The notes under the pieces are model-generated. The model ran no database searches and was not told where the DNA came from. It was given only the letters and a program-made list of their open reading frames with translations. A program made the position numbers and the translations under genes. A stretch of DNA of 64,000 bases from Vulcanimicrobiota bacterium (GTDB taxonomy: Bacteria; Vulcanimicrobiota; Vulcanimicrobiia; Vulcanimicrobiales; Vulcanimicrobiaceae): NCBI GenBank assembly GCA_963786105.1, contig CAWAXX010000017.1:246452-310451 (forward strand), written 5' to 3'. Positions 1-9,707 of the stretch are shown here, in pieces (positions within the stretch are counted from its first letter, which is position 1; every line of letters begins with the position of its first letter).

Positions 1-52
1 CGCCGCCCTGTCACGGCGGAGGTCGTGGGTTCGAGCCCCATCAGCGTCGCCA
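1..52 (+). tRNA. tRNA-Asp(GTC), 5'-truncated by window edge
   Basis: Anticodon arm CCGCC-CTGTCAC-GGCGG, T-loop GGTTCGAG, ends ...GTCGCCA. Confidence 0.9.
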
Positions 53-58
53 GATTTT

Positions 59-101
59 TTCCCGAGCGCACCGCTTAAGAACGTGGTGCGCTTTGCGGGA
101 A
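59..101 (+). terminator. Hairpin downstream of tRNA-Asp
   Basis: AGCGCACC (65-72) / GGTGCGCT (85-92), extendable with TTCCCG/CGGGAA. Confidence 0.45.
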
Positions 102-216
102 TCCTTTGTGGCTCCGATTTCGATCAGATCAAGCAGGCGAAGGATGGAAGTTTACTATGGTAATCGAGACCCGAGGTGACGAAAGAGCTGGGATAAATCA
201 GGGCCTTCCTTCTTAA

Positions 217-292
217 GCCAAGGTAGCTCAGTCGGTAGAGCACGCGCCTGAAAAGTGCGGTGTCGCCGGTTCGATTCCGGCCCTTGGCACCA
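217..292 (+). tRNA. tRNA-Phe(GAA)
   Basis: 76-nt cloverleaf GCCAAGG...CCTTGGC-ACCA, anticodon loop CTGAAAA. Confidence 0.95.
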
Positions 293-299
293 TGCGTTC

Positions 300-339
300 G
301 CGTTAAGGGCCCGCCGTCATTCGGCCGGGCCCTTAACGC
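300..339. terminator. Probable bidirectional terminator
   Basis: 13-bp inverted repeat GCGTTAAGGGCCC/GGGCCCTTAACGC between convergent tRNA-Phe and hydrolase. Confidence 0.7.
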
Positions 340-346
340 TTTAACG

Positions 347-1021
347 CTACGCGAGCCTGCGTTTGAGAAATTCGACGCTGCGTTTCCATGCCGTTTCGGC
401 GTGCTCCCGATGATAGTTGCCAAGGCCGCCCGGATTATAAAACGCGTGCTTGGCATCGTAGCGGTGAAACTCGTGAGGCACACCGTTGGCTTCGAGCGCG
501 CGCTCTAGCGCGTCGACGCCCGCGATATTGAAAAACTCGTCGCCCAGCGCCCAGTGCCCCATGATCGGGATCTTGATGGTCGAGGGATCGCCGGCCTCGG
601 GCGGCGGGTAACCGTAAAAGACGACCGCTGCGTCGAATTCGGGGTCGTGGATGGCCGAGAGCATGGCGAGCGCGCCACCCATGCAGAACCCCATCACGCC
701 GACGCGTTTGGCGCCATGTCGCTTCAAGTACGCAGCGGCTCCGCGGGCGTCTTGTGAAGCCGCATCCGAAAAGTCGAGACCCTCCATGAGATGCCCCGCC
801 TCTTCGCGCGTGTCGGCGACCGATCCGCGATAAAGATCCGGAACGAGTACCCCGAACCCGTCGCCCGCCAGACGATCCGCGGTCTCCTTGACGTGATCGG
901 TTAGACCCCACCACTCTTCAAAGAGGACGACTCCGGGTGCGTCGTCCGGACGTCGCGGCTCCCCGAGATAGCCTGGCGCGGTTTTTCCGTCGGGACGTTC
1001 GAACTCGATCGTTTTTCCCAT
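347..1021 (-). CDS. Dienelactone hydrolase family protein
   Basis: EWWGL, GFCMGG nucleophile motif, C-terminal HAF; ATG overlaps upstream TGA. Confidence 0.9.
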   Translation of the reverse strand: MGKTIEFERPDGKTAPGYLGEPRRPDDAPGVVLFEEWWGLTDHVKETADRLAGDGFGVLVPDLYRGSVADTREEAGHLMEGLDFSDAASQDARGAAAYLKRHGAKRVGVMGFCMGGALAMLSAIHDPEFDAAVVFYGYPPPEAGDPSTIKIPIMGHWALGDEFFNIAGVDALERALEANGVPHEFHRYDAKHAFYNPGGLGNYHREHAETAWKRSVEFLKRRLA

Positions 1022-1383
1022 CAGCGCGGCTGCTCGGTCGCGGCGCCCTCTTCGGAATCTTGCCGATCGAGGTTGTCGGCTTTTTCCCGCAGCAGCCATT
1101 CGTTCGCCGATTTGAGGCGTTCGACAGGAACGTGGTCCGTCAGCCAGCCGTACAGCGCGTCGTCGCCCTGGTGCCGACCGAGCGCGGCATCGAACGACGC
1201 CGGCGTGATTCCCCACCGGTCCATGACGCCGCGGTCCATCGGACACGGGTAAATATAGTCGTGAATCGTTCCGGCAGCGGCCGCGCGGCCTTTGTCCGCC
1301 ATGCGCAACAGCCAGAGCGCTTCGCCGATTGCTTGGCGCCCGCGTCGCGGAAAGGTCTTTCCGTCTCGAAAATCTGTCGACAT
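1021..1383 (-). CDS. DUF5069-like protein
   Basis: PR..WLxRMxDKxRA...GTIxDYxYPCPMD pattern. Confidence 0.7.
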   Translation of the reverse strand: MSTDFRDGKTFPRRGRQAIGEALWLLRMADKGRAAAAGTIHDYIYPCPMDRGVMDRWGITPASFDAALGRHQGDDALYGWLTDHVPVERLKSANEWLLREKADNLDRQDSEEGAATEQPR

Positions 1384-1447
1384 GCTCCCATGATACCGGG
1401 CTCGCGCGGGCGGGTTGCGCTCCCGGAGCGGGCGAAAGCAGCTATCG

Positions 1448-2155
1448 ATGGAGAGTCCACGGTGCGAGCCGGACGTAGCAGTGCGGCACGAGCCCCGCTG
1501 GCACGCTTCGGCCGCGGTGCTCGCAGCCCTCATTCTCTACATCACGCTTCCTCCGCGGTTGACTATCGGTCCGGTTTGGGTCGCCCCGCTGCTCGTGCTC
1601 GCGCTGTTGATTCCGCTGTCCGTCTTCGCTCCGCGCCGTCACTCAGAAACGCGGCACATGCGTTTCTGGGGAATTCTACTCATCGCAATCGTGAACTTTT
1701 TCAATATCGCTTCGGTCGCGCTGCTGATCAACGGGTTTTTTCATCCGGCGCGAATCGTCGAGTTGAACTCGGCGGGCATGTTGCTGCGTCATGGAACGCA
1801 GGTTTGGCTCACGAACGTCCTCGTCTTCGCTCTGTGGTATTGGGAACTCGACGGCGACGGTCCCGAAGCCCGCGCTCACGCCAACGCGGCATACGAATTT
1901 CATAACGCCGACTTCCTCTTTCCTCAAATGCAGCTCTTTTTCTTGAGCGGAAAGCCGCTGCCGTGTATCGATCCGGCGTGGAAGCCTCAGTTCTTCGATT
2001 ACCTATACGTGTCGTTCGTTAACTGCACGGCGTTCAGTCCGGCCGACGTCATGCCGCTAAGCCGTTGGGCGAAGTGCCTCATGCTGGTCGAAGCGCTCAT
2101 CTCGCTGATGACGATCGCGATCGTGCTCGCGCGATCGGTGAGTTTGATTCAATAA
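1448..2155 (+). CDS. DUF1345-like membrane protein
   Basis: Multiple TM segments, DFLFPQM, DYLYVSFxNxTAFSPxDxMPL. Confidence 0.75.
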   Translation: MESPRCEPDVAVRHEPRWHASAAVLAALILYITLPPRLTIGPVWVAPLLVLALLIPLSVFAPRRHSETRHMRFWGILLIAIVNFFNIASVALLINGFFHPARIVELNSAGMLLRHGTQVWLTNVLVFALWYWELDGDGPEARAHANAAYEFHNADFLFPQMQLFFLSGKPLPCIDPAWKPQFFDYLYVSFVNCTAFSPADVMPLSRWAKCLMLVEALISLMTIAIVLARSVSLIQ

Positions 2156-2940
2156 GATCCGGCGCCGTGCGCCACTGCTCGCTGGAGCTGGAGGAAGACC
2201 GTCGGCGGAATTTGAGTGCTGCCTCGGAACGGGTAATCGAATAAAGCGATCAAGACGAAAATCGTCGCGATCACCGTCGTGAGGGCAAGCGTCATTACCA
2301 GGTGGACCGCTTCGCTGCGCACGCGAAAGATGAAACAGAAGCCGACCGTGATCGCAGCTAAAATGACGTTGCCGATCCAGAAGAAGATCGGAATGCCTTG
2401 TTCGTTGGCGAACAGGCGGCTGCGGCGCGCATCCTCGAACGTGGAAATCAGTCCAAGCGCCTCCTGTTGCAGAGCCTGCTGTCCGGCGCTTTGCGGTTGG
2501 TAGCGCGCGACGAGATTGAAGGCGGCGAGCGCCGCCGCGCGGGCGGTCGGGCTGGTACTGCCCGTTCGCATGGCGGGCCACTCATCGTTAACGACCGCGT
2601 TGATGTAGGTGTTGAGCGTGCCGTGAAGCTGTTGGGCAACGGGCGCCGGAAAGTGTCCGGAAACGTGAAAAAGATCGGCGATCGCGCTGGCCTCTTGCGC
2701 GACGGTCGCGGCGGCGCCGTCGTACTGTTGCCACACGGTCACAAGCAAGAAGGACAAGATGACGGCCAATATCGTCCCGACGGTACCGATGATCGGGCCG
2801 GCGACGTCGTTGTGCGTCAGCTCCTGACTGCGGGTGACGACGTGTCGAACGAAAAGCAAGCCGCTCGCCGAGAGCGCACACGCAAGCACCAGGATCGACG
2901 CGAAAAAGAGCCACGACGGTATGGCGTAAACCCAGGTCAC
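2149..2940 (-). CDS. DUF4239-like membrane protein
   Basis: HNDVAG, TVWQQY, DEWPAM, DYPFRG; four TM segments. Confidence 0.75.
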   Translation of the reverse strand: MTWVYAIPSWLFFASILVLACALSASGLLFVRHVVTRSQELTHNDVAGPIIGTVGTILAVILSFLLVTVWQQYDGAAATVAQEASAIADLFHVSGHFPAPVAQQLHGTLNTYINAVVNDEWPAMRTGSTSPTARAAALAAFNLVARYQPQSAGQQALQQEALGLISTFEDARRSRLFANEQGIPIFFWIGNVILAAITVGFCFIFRVRSEAVHLVMTLALTTVIATIFVLIALFDYPFRGSTQIPPTVFLQLQRAVAHGAGSY

Positions 2941-3076
2941 GTAAAAAGCCTTCGCGCGGAAGGGGGCGCCTCCCCGTACGAGCCCTGGTAATTGGGGTTG
3001 ACCGCAACGCCGGCGCGGGTCGAAGGTTTGTAGGACGGGGCGCGACGCTGCTCGAACCGGAGGCTCGCCGTGATGC

Positions 3077-3150
3077 GCGGGTATGATGTAATGGCAGCCT
3101 GCGACCTTCCCAAGGTTGATGCGTGGGTTCGATTCCCACTACCCGCTCCA
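3077..3150 (+). tRNA. tRNA-Gly(CCC)
   Basis: GCGGGTA...TACCCGC-TCCA, anticodon loop TTCCCAA. Confidence 0.93.
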
Positions 3151-3194
3151 AGTGATAAAAAGGCGAGGGCGAACCGAGCACGCGAGCGATCTTC

Positions 3195-3266
3195 GGCGAC
3201 GTAGCCAAGTGGTAAGGCAGGGCTCTGCAAAAGCCCCATTCGGCAGTTCAAATCTGCCCGTCGCCT
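3195..3266 (+). tRNA. tRNA-Cys(GCA), CCA not encoded
   Basis: GGCGACG...CGTCGCC-T, anticodon arm GGGCT-CTGCAAA-AGCCC. Confidence 0.93.
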
Positions 3267-3288
3267 CAAAAGGTTTGAGGTTCGTTGG

Positions 3289-4245
3289 ATGCGCGTAGCC
3301 GTCGTGGGCGCTGGGGCGATCGGGGGATTCCTGGCGGCCGCGCTGGCGCGAGCCGGCGTACCGGTGGCGGTCGTTGCGCGGGGCGAGCATCTGGCGGCGA
3401 TACGCCGCCACGGATTGCGTATCGAGAGCGACCTCGGCACGTTTTCGACGGCCGTCGAAGCCGGCGAAGATCTCCGCGAACTGGGCGCCTTCGACGTGCT
3501 CTTGTTGACGTTCAAAAGCCATCAATGGGCGCCGCTGCTGCCGCAGCTCGCCGCGTTCGCGCAGACCGATACAACGGTCGTGACGCTGCAAAACGGCATC
3601 CCGTTTTGGTACGTACGCGAGCCGCCGTTGCACAGCGTCGACCCAGGTGGAACCATCGGACGGCTATTCTCCGACGAACGGGTTCTCGGCGGCGTCGTCC
3701 ACGTGTCCGGAAGGGTAGCGGCGCCGGGAGCGATCGTTCAGAGCGGCGGATTGCGATTCGTGCTCGGCGATCCGCTTGGCAGGCCGAACGCGCGCGCCGG
3801 CGGTTTAGTCGAAACGATGCGCGCCGCCGGCTTGGCTGCCGAAGCCGATTCAAACGTTCGCGCGACCGTGTGGATGAAGCTGGTCAATAACGTCGGACTC
3901 AACTCAGTGAGTGCCCTGCGCCGCCTGACGATCCGGCCGATGCTGGTGGATCCGGTCGCCCGCGCGGAAGTCCGTACGTTGATGATTGAGGCACTGCGCG
4001 TCGGGCAGTCTATGGGCGTGGTCGCCGGCGTGGACGTCGACGCTCGCATCGAGTATGCCGCGCGCTTAGCCGACGTAAAGACGTCGATGCTCCAGGATCT
4101 CGAACGCGGCCGAGACTTGGAACTGGATCCCATTGTCGGGGCGGTCGTCGAACTAGCGGACCGCTACGACGTACCCGTGCCGCACGTTCGCGAAAGCTAC
4201 GCGGCACTTCGTCAAGCGGCCGCGAGCGCTTTCCACGATGGATGA
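3289..4245 (+). CDS. panE: 2-dehydropantoate 2-reductase (ApbA/PanE family)
   Basis: GAGAIGG Rossmann motif, LQNG, WMKL..N, TSMLQD..GR..ELD. Confidence 0.85.
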   Translation: MRVAVVGAGAIGGFLAAALARAGVPVAVVARGEHLAAIRRHGLRIESDLGTFSTAVEAGEDLRELGAFDVLLLTFKSHQWAPLLPQLAAFAQTDTTVVTLQNGIPFWYVREPPLHSVDPGGTIGRLFSDERVLGGVVHVSGRVAAPGAIVQSGGLRFVLGDPLGRPNARAGGLVETMRAAGLAAEADSNVRATVWMKLVNNVGLNSVSALRRLTIRPMLVDPVARAEVRTLMIEALRVGQSMGVVAGVDVDARIEYAARLADVKTSMLQDLERGRDLELDPIVGAVVELADRYDVPVPHVRESYAALRQAAASAFHDG

Positions 4246-6289
4246 TATTGCCGCCCTGGCGGGAGTCGGGCCGAAAACCGCACCGCTGTTTCGCGAGCTC
4301 GGCATAGACACGCCGGCCGCGTTGCTCGAGTACCTACCCTTCCGCTACGAGGATTTGCGCTTCCCTACGCCGGCGGCTCGTCTTGGCAACGCTCCAGGCG
4401 AGGAAAACGCCGTCGGCATCGTGATTGGGGTAAAAGAGCGGCGCGTTCGCCATCTCGAGATCGTCGAGTTGTCGATGCGCGACGACGTCGGCGATCGGTT
4501 CGTCGCCAAGTGGATCGGTCAACGCCGCTTCGTCTACGGACGTTTTCGCGAAGGAATGCGACTGTTCGTCCGCGGGCGCGTGGAACGTACCTTCGCGGGC
4601 GCGGTCGTCAACGTCGGTCACTATGCGGTGCTTGGCGACGGTGAAGAGTACCACGGGGAACTAGTGCCGGTTTATCGCGCGAGCAAGGACTTGGCAACGC
4701 GGAAGATCGGTGCGGTCGTCAAAAAGAACCTGCCCAAGCTCCTGGAGCTCGTTCCAACCGATAGCGTACCGGCGGCAATTGCGCAATCGCGTGGCTACGT
4801 TCCGTTGCGCGAAGCGTATCGAACCGCCCACGCACCGGCCACCCCCGAAGAGGCCGATCGTGCGCGGGAACGATTCATCTTCGGCGAGTTTCTGGCACTC
4901 GCCACTGCGGCGCAGCTCCGGCGCGCTCAACGCGAGCGCGAACGAGACGCTCGGGCGCTGCGCGTCCCCTCCGGCTTGCTCGAAGAGTTTTGCGCCGCGC
5001 TGCCCTTCGCACTCACCGGTGCCCAGCGACGTTCGATTGTCGAAATTTGGGACGATATGACGCGCGACGTTCCGATGAACCGATTGTTGCAAGGCGACGT
5101 CGGGAGCGGCAAAACGCTGGTCGCGGCAGCGGCGATCGTGCTTGCGTCGCGCAACGGCGTGCAATCGGCGTTGATGGCCCCCACCGAGATTCTGGCGGCA
5201 CAGCACTCGGCCAAACTCGCCCCACTATTGCTTCCACTGCGTATTGGCGTGGAGGCGGTGTTCGGCAGCCAAGGGCTGCGAGCGCGCAACGCCGCCGTCG
5301 CGCGTTTAGCCGGCGGCGAAGCCGCGCTGGCGGTCGGAACGCACGCGCTGCTGACCGAAGGCGTCGATTTCGATCGGCTGGGGCTGGTCGTTATTGACGA
5401 ACAACATCGCTTCGGCGTCGAGCAGCGCGCACGGTTGCGCGCCAAAGGCGTGTCGCCGCACACCCTGCACATGACGGCCACGCCCATTCCGCGAACGCTC
5501 ACGCAATCGATCTATGCCGATCTCGATCTTTCGATCGTCGACGAGCTTCCCCCGGGACGCACGCCGATCGAAACGTTCGCGGTTCGCAACAGCCGCTTGG
5601 AGCGCGTCTACGAATTCGTTCGCGCGAACGTCGCGCGCGGTCATCAGGCTTACATCGTTGCCCCCGTCATCGACGAGGGGGAACTCGAGCTGACGAGCGC
5701 CGTTGCGGAGTTCGAGCGGCTGAAAGCCGACGTGTTCGGGGACTTGAGGCTGGGGCTGCTTCACGGAAGGCTCGTCCCGCGCGAAAAGGAGGAGGTGATG
5801 CAGCGGTTCGTTCGGGGAGAGCTCGACGTTCTGGTGGCCACCACCGTCGTGGAAGTCGGCGTCGACGTTCCCAATGCTAGCGTCATGGCCGTACTCGACG
5901 CGCAGCGATACGGCTTGGCGCAGCTGCATCAGTTGCGCGGGCGCGTCGGTCGTGGCGGCGCGAAGTCGTTCTGCATCCTCGTCTATCCCGACGAGGCCGC
6001 CGAAACCGAACGCCTCGAAATCCTTACGCGCTCGACCGACGGATTCGACATAGCCGAAGAAGATTTGCGCCTGCGCGGCCCCGGTGAACTGGCCGGTACT
6101 GCGCAATCCGGCTCGGCCGACCTCCGGCTGGCCGATCTGGTTCGCGATTTCGACGTCTATCGGGCCGCCAAGTCGGCGGCCGAGGCGATCGTTTCCGACG
6201 ATCCGCATCTGGCGGCAGCCGAGCATGCGGGACTGCGCGCGCTGCTCGAACGGCAGCCGTCGACGCGGGCCCTGCTCCTCAGTTCCTAG
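4238..6289 (+). CDS. recG: ATP-dependent DNA helicase RecG
   Basis: QGDVGSGKT, DEQHRFG, MTATPIPRT, QLHQLRGRVGR, DGFDIAEEDLRLRGPG. Confidence 0.97.
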   Translation: MDDIAALAGVGPKTAPLFRELGIDTPAALLEYLPFRYEDLRFPTPAARLGNAPGEENAVGIVIGVKERRVRHLEIVELSMRDDVGDRFVAKWIGQRRFVYGRFREGMRLFVRGRVERTFAGAVVNVGHYAVLGDGEEYHGELVPVYRASKDLATRKIGAVVKKNLPKLLELVPTDSVPAAIAQSRGYVPLREAYRTAHAPATPEEADRARERFIFGEFLALATAAQLRRAQRERERDARALRVPSGLLEEFCAALPFALTGAQRRSIVEIWDDMTRDVPMNRLLQGDVGSGKTLVAAAAIVLASRNGVQSALMAPTEILAAQHSAKLAPLLLPLRIGVEAVFGSQGLRARNAAVARLAGGEAALAVGTHALLTEGVDFDRLGLVVIDEQHRFGVEQRARLRAKGVSPHTLHMTATPIPRTLTQSIYADLDLSIVDELPPGRTPIETFAVRNSRLERVYEFVRANVARGHQAYIVAPVIDEGELELTSAVAEFERLKADVFGDLRLGLLHGRLVPREKEEVMQRFVRGELDVLVATTVVEVGVDVPNASVMAVLDAQRYGLAQLHQLRGRVGRGGAKSFCILVYPDEAAETERLEILTRSTDGFDIAEEDLRLRGPGELAGTAQSGSADLRLADLVRDFDVYRAAKSAAEAIVSDDPHLAAAEHAGLRALLERQPSTRALLLSS

Positions 6290-6330
6290 GGCTGGGGGGT
6301 TGCCGCCAACGGTCGAGAATAGCGTGTCCG

Positions 6331-9003
6331 ATGCGCACGGCTGGTATTCTTGTCGCCGTCTTCGCGGCGGTGGCGGCTTCGGTTTGTTTTGCGGCGCCGG
6401 CTCGCGCGTCGGGGACGCTGCCGGCCGACGTAACGCGCGCTACGCTCTCCAACGGTCTGCGAGTGATCGTCGTCCACGATCCCTTGGCCCCGGTGGTCAC
6501 GGCGATGATGAACTATCAAGTCGGATCGGACGAGCAATGGATCGACGGCCTCGCGCACGCGACCGAGCACATGATGTTTCGCGGAAGTGCGACGCTGTCG
6601 TCGTCGCAACTGATGGAAACCATGGAAATCACCGGCGGAAACTTCGACGCGGATACCCAGTCGACGGTCACGCAGTATTTTTTCACCGTGCCCTCAGAGT
6701 ACCTCGATATTGCTCTGCGGGCCGAACGATCTCGCGCGACCGGCGTGGTCATGGCCCAGGATCAGTGGAACCAAGAGCGCGGTGCGATCACGCAAGAGGT
6801 GACTCAGGACAACTCCAACGCGTTGTATCGCTTGTTCGTGAAGATGCAGCAGCGCATCATTGGTGGGACGCCGTACGCGAAGAACGGTCTGGGAACCGTG
6901 TCGAGCTTCGAGCGCGACGTCAACGGCGACCAGCTCCTGAAGTTCTATCGCGCGTGGTATCATCCTAACAACGCGGTGTACGTGATCGTCGGCGACGTCG
7001 ATGGACCGGCAACGGTTGCCGAAGTGAGACGGCTGTTCGGCGACGTTCCGGCCGCGAAGCTTCCGGCGCGCTCTCCCGTCACTCTGAAGCCGTTGCGGCC
7101 CGCCACCTATCACGACGTCTCGGATCAATCGTACACGGCGGTGCTCTTGGGCTACCGTCTTCCGGGTTACGACAGTGCCGACTATGCAGCCGCGCAAATC
7201 CTGGCCGACGTTCTCTCAAGCCAGCGCAGCGAGTTCGGCGCCATGCCGTACGTCGGGAAGGCGCTAAACACGCAGTTCTTCGTCCAGACCTATCCGAAAA
7301 CGGCCGTGGGCATTGCGTTCGCCGCCGTTCCGGTTGCTACCAAACCCGAGACGGTCGATCGCGAGGTGCGTTCGATCATCGCCGGGTACCGTCGAAGCGG
7401 GGTTCCGCCCGACTTAGTTTCAGCGGAGAAGTTACGCGAGATCTCGCAACTCGAGTTCAACGGCAACTCAATCGAAGGTATGGCTAACGAGTGGAGTCAG
7501 GCGGTCGCCGTGCAGGAGCTGCGTTCGCCCGACGATATGATCGCTCGGTTCGAGGCGGTAAGCGTCGACGACGTCAACCGAGTCTTGCGCCGGAGTCTCG
7601 ATAACTCGACGGTGGTTGCGGCCTATGCCGTGCCGAAAAATAGCGGCGCGGTCAGCGCCGGCGGCGGCGAGCTGGCAAAAGAGAACAATGCGATTCCACC
7701 GAGCAAGCACGAGCCGCTGCCGGTGTGGGCGCAGCACGTGCTCGACAACTTGCAGGTGCCGCGACAAACGCTCGCGCCCACGGACGTGACGCTGTCCAAT
7801 GGCATTCGATTGATCGTGCAGCCGGAGTTCATCACGCACACGGTGGTGGTCCGCGGTGAAATCCTCAACGACCCCAACGTGCAGGAGCCGGCCGGCCAGG
7901 AAGGCATCGACGACGTCGCTACCGCGCTCTTGCCCTATGGAACGGCTCGGTACGACCGGGTCGCGTTCCAGCGCGAACTCGATAAGATCGCCGCCAGCAC
8001 GTCGGCTGGCACCGAATTCGGCCTGGACGTACTATCGGGAAGCTTCGATCGCGGTCTCCAGTTGCTTGCGGACGAAGAGCTGCATCCAGCCTTCGACCCG
8101 AAAGCGTTCGCCGTCGTCAAGCGCCAAAGCGTCGGTGAACTGACGGGCGAAGCGACGTCGCCGGACCATCTTGCGGAGGTTGCGCTCGCAAAGGCCCTCT
8201 ACCCGCCCGGCGATCCCGAGCAGCGATTTGCGTCTCCGCAGAGCGTGGGCGCTTTAACCCTCGACATGGTGAAGTCGTGGTATTCCGGCGCGTATCGTCC
8301 CGACCTCACGACGATCGTCGTCATCGGCGACACCACGCCGGAACAGGCTAAAGCCGAAGTCGAAAAATATTTCGGCGGCTGGACCGCACAGGGAAATAAG
8401 CCCAACACCGAGCCGCCGGCGGTGCCGCCCAATGCACCAAGTCAGGTCGCGGTACCGGCCACGGGGCGAGTTCAGTCGTCGGTCCAACTCGTCGAAACGG
8501 TACCGATGACGCGCACCGATCCCGCATGGCCGCTGTTGCAGGTCGCCGACGCCGTACTCACCGGCGGGTTCTACTCGTCGCTGCTCTACCACGACTTGCG
8601 CGAAGTCCACGGCTATGCGTACTCGGTTAGCAGCGCGTTTGAAGCCGGCAAGGTTCGCAGCTCGTTTGAGGTTCGTTACGGCTGCGACCCGAAGAACGTC
8701 GTTCCGGCTGAGAGCCAAGTCCTCGCGGTGTTGCGTCAGTTGCAGCAAGCGCCGATCGAAGCGGATCGCCTATTGCGTTCCAAGGCCTTGCTCATGGGCG
8801 AAGTGCCGATCCGGCAAGCCAGTTACGACGGCGTGGGCGATCAACTCCTAAGTTACGCCAGCCGCGATTTGCCGCTGGATCAGAACGTTGTGGATGCGCG
8901 GGCGGAACTTGCCGCGTCGGGAGAGACCATTCGCTCCGCGCTTGCGAAGTACGTTCGCCCGGAATCCTTCGTTCGCGTCGTGATCGGGCCGCCGGCGAAG
9001 TGA
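6331..9003 (+). CDS. Secreted M16 family zinc peptidase (duplicated domain)
   Basis: Signal peptide, LSNGL twice, HATEHMMF (HxxEH), LREVHGYAY. Confidence 0.9.
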   Translation: MRTAGILVAVFAAVAASVCFAAPARASGTLPADVTRATLSNGLRVIVVHDPLAPVVTAMMNYQVGSDEQWIDGLAHATEHMMFRGSATLSSSQLMETMEITGGNFDADTQSTVTQYFFTVPSEYLDIALRAERSRATGVVMAQDQWNQERGAITQEVTQDNSNALYRLFVKMQQRIIGGTPYAKNGLGTVSSFERDVNGDQLLKFYRAWYHPNNAVYVIVGDVDGPATVAEVRRLFGDVPAAKLPARSPVTLKPLRPATYHDVSDQSYTAVLLGYRLPGYDSADYAAAQILADVLSSQRSEFGAMPYVGKALNTQFFVQTYPKTAVGIAFAAVPVATKPETVDREVRSIIAGYRRSGVPPDLVSAEKLREISQLEFNGNSIEGMANEWSQAVAVQELRSPDDMIARFEAVSVDDVNRVLRRSLDNSTVVAAYAVPKNSGAVSAGGGELAKENNAIPPSKHEPLPVWAQHVLDNLQVPRQTLAPTDVTLSNGIRLIVQPEFITHTVVVRGEILNDPNVQEPAGQEGIDDVATALLPYGTARYDRVAFQRELDKIAASTSAGTEFGLDVLSGSFDRGLQLLADEELHPAFDPKAFAVVKRQSVGELTGEATSPDHLAEVALAKALYPPGDPEQRFASPQSVGALTLDMVKSWYSGAYRPDLTTIVVIGDTTPEQAKAEVEKYFGGWTAQGNKPNTEPPAVPPNAPSQVAVPATGRVQSSVQLVETVPMTRTDPAWPLLQVADAVLTGGFYSSLLYHDLREVHGYAYSVSSAFEAGKVRSSFEVRYGCDPKNVVPAESQVLAVLRQLQQAPIEADRLLRSKALLMGEVPIRQASYDGVGDQLLSYASRDLPLDQNVVDARAELAASGETIRSALAKYVRPESFVRVVIGPPAK

Positions 9004-9707
9004 TGCGCGACGGAGTCGCCGGCGTCGGGTTCGATCTGGATCATACGATCGCGATCGACAATAAGCTCGAACGCGTCGCGCTGATGCGCGTGTTGGAAGC
9101 CATCTTGGACGACGGCGGATACGCACTCGGGACGTTAGCCGAGGAGAGCGATCGGATCGACGACCTGCTCGTGCAGCAGCGCAACGGGAAGTTTTCGATC
9201 GACGATGCGGTTCGTGCATTCGCGCGCGAACGCGGCGTTCCGCCGCGAGACGAGTACGTCGAGCTTTTCCGAACGTTGGCCGTCGATATGGTCGACGAGT
9301 TCGTCATTCCGCTGCTTGGCGCTAAGCACACGTTCCAAGCGCTGCGCGAGCGGGGCGTGCGGCTGGCGGTGCTTAGCAACGGCTGGAATCCGCTGCAGGT
9401 GCGAAAGGCGCAACGCGCCGGGTTCGAGGGCCCGATCCTGGCCAGCGCCGACCTGGGCGTGCAGAAGCCCTCCGCCCGCGCTTTCGCGGCGTTACTGGAC
9501 GCGCTAGGCACGAGGGCCGAGAACACGTGGTACGTCGGCGACGATCCACGCTGCGACGTCAGCGGTGCGCGCGCCGCGGGACTGCACGGGGTCTGGCTCG
9601 ATGCCGAGCACAAGGCGTATCCGCCGGAAGTCGTTCCACCGAATTACACGATCCACTCCTTAGAAGAGCTGGTACAACTAATCCCGGCCGCGTCGACGAT
9701 CCGATGA
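9000..9707 (+). CDS. HAD-superfamily hydrolase
   Basis: FDLDHT, LSNG, KP, VGDD..DV.GA. Confidence 0.85.
   Translation: MMRDGVAGVGFDLDHTIAIDNKLERVALMRVLEAILDDGGYALGTLAEESDRIDDLLVQQRNGKFSIDDAVRAFARERGVPPRDEYVELFRTLAVDMVDEFVIPLLGAKHTFQALRERGVRLAVLSNGWNPLQVRKAQRAGFEGPILASADLGVQKPSARAFAALLDALGTRAENTWYVGDDPRCDVSGARAAGLHGVWLDAEHKAYPPEVVPPNYTIHSLEELVQLIPAASTIR

Noticed and set aside
293..3076. Possible island integrated between tRNA genes
   Set aside because: No integrase, no duplicated tRNA 3' end, no obvious compositional shift
3267..3270. tRNA-Cys without encoded CCA
   Set aside because: Common; CCA is added post-transcriptionally
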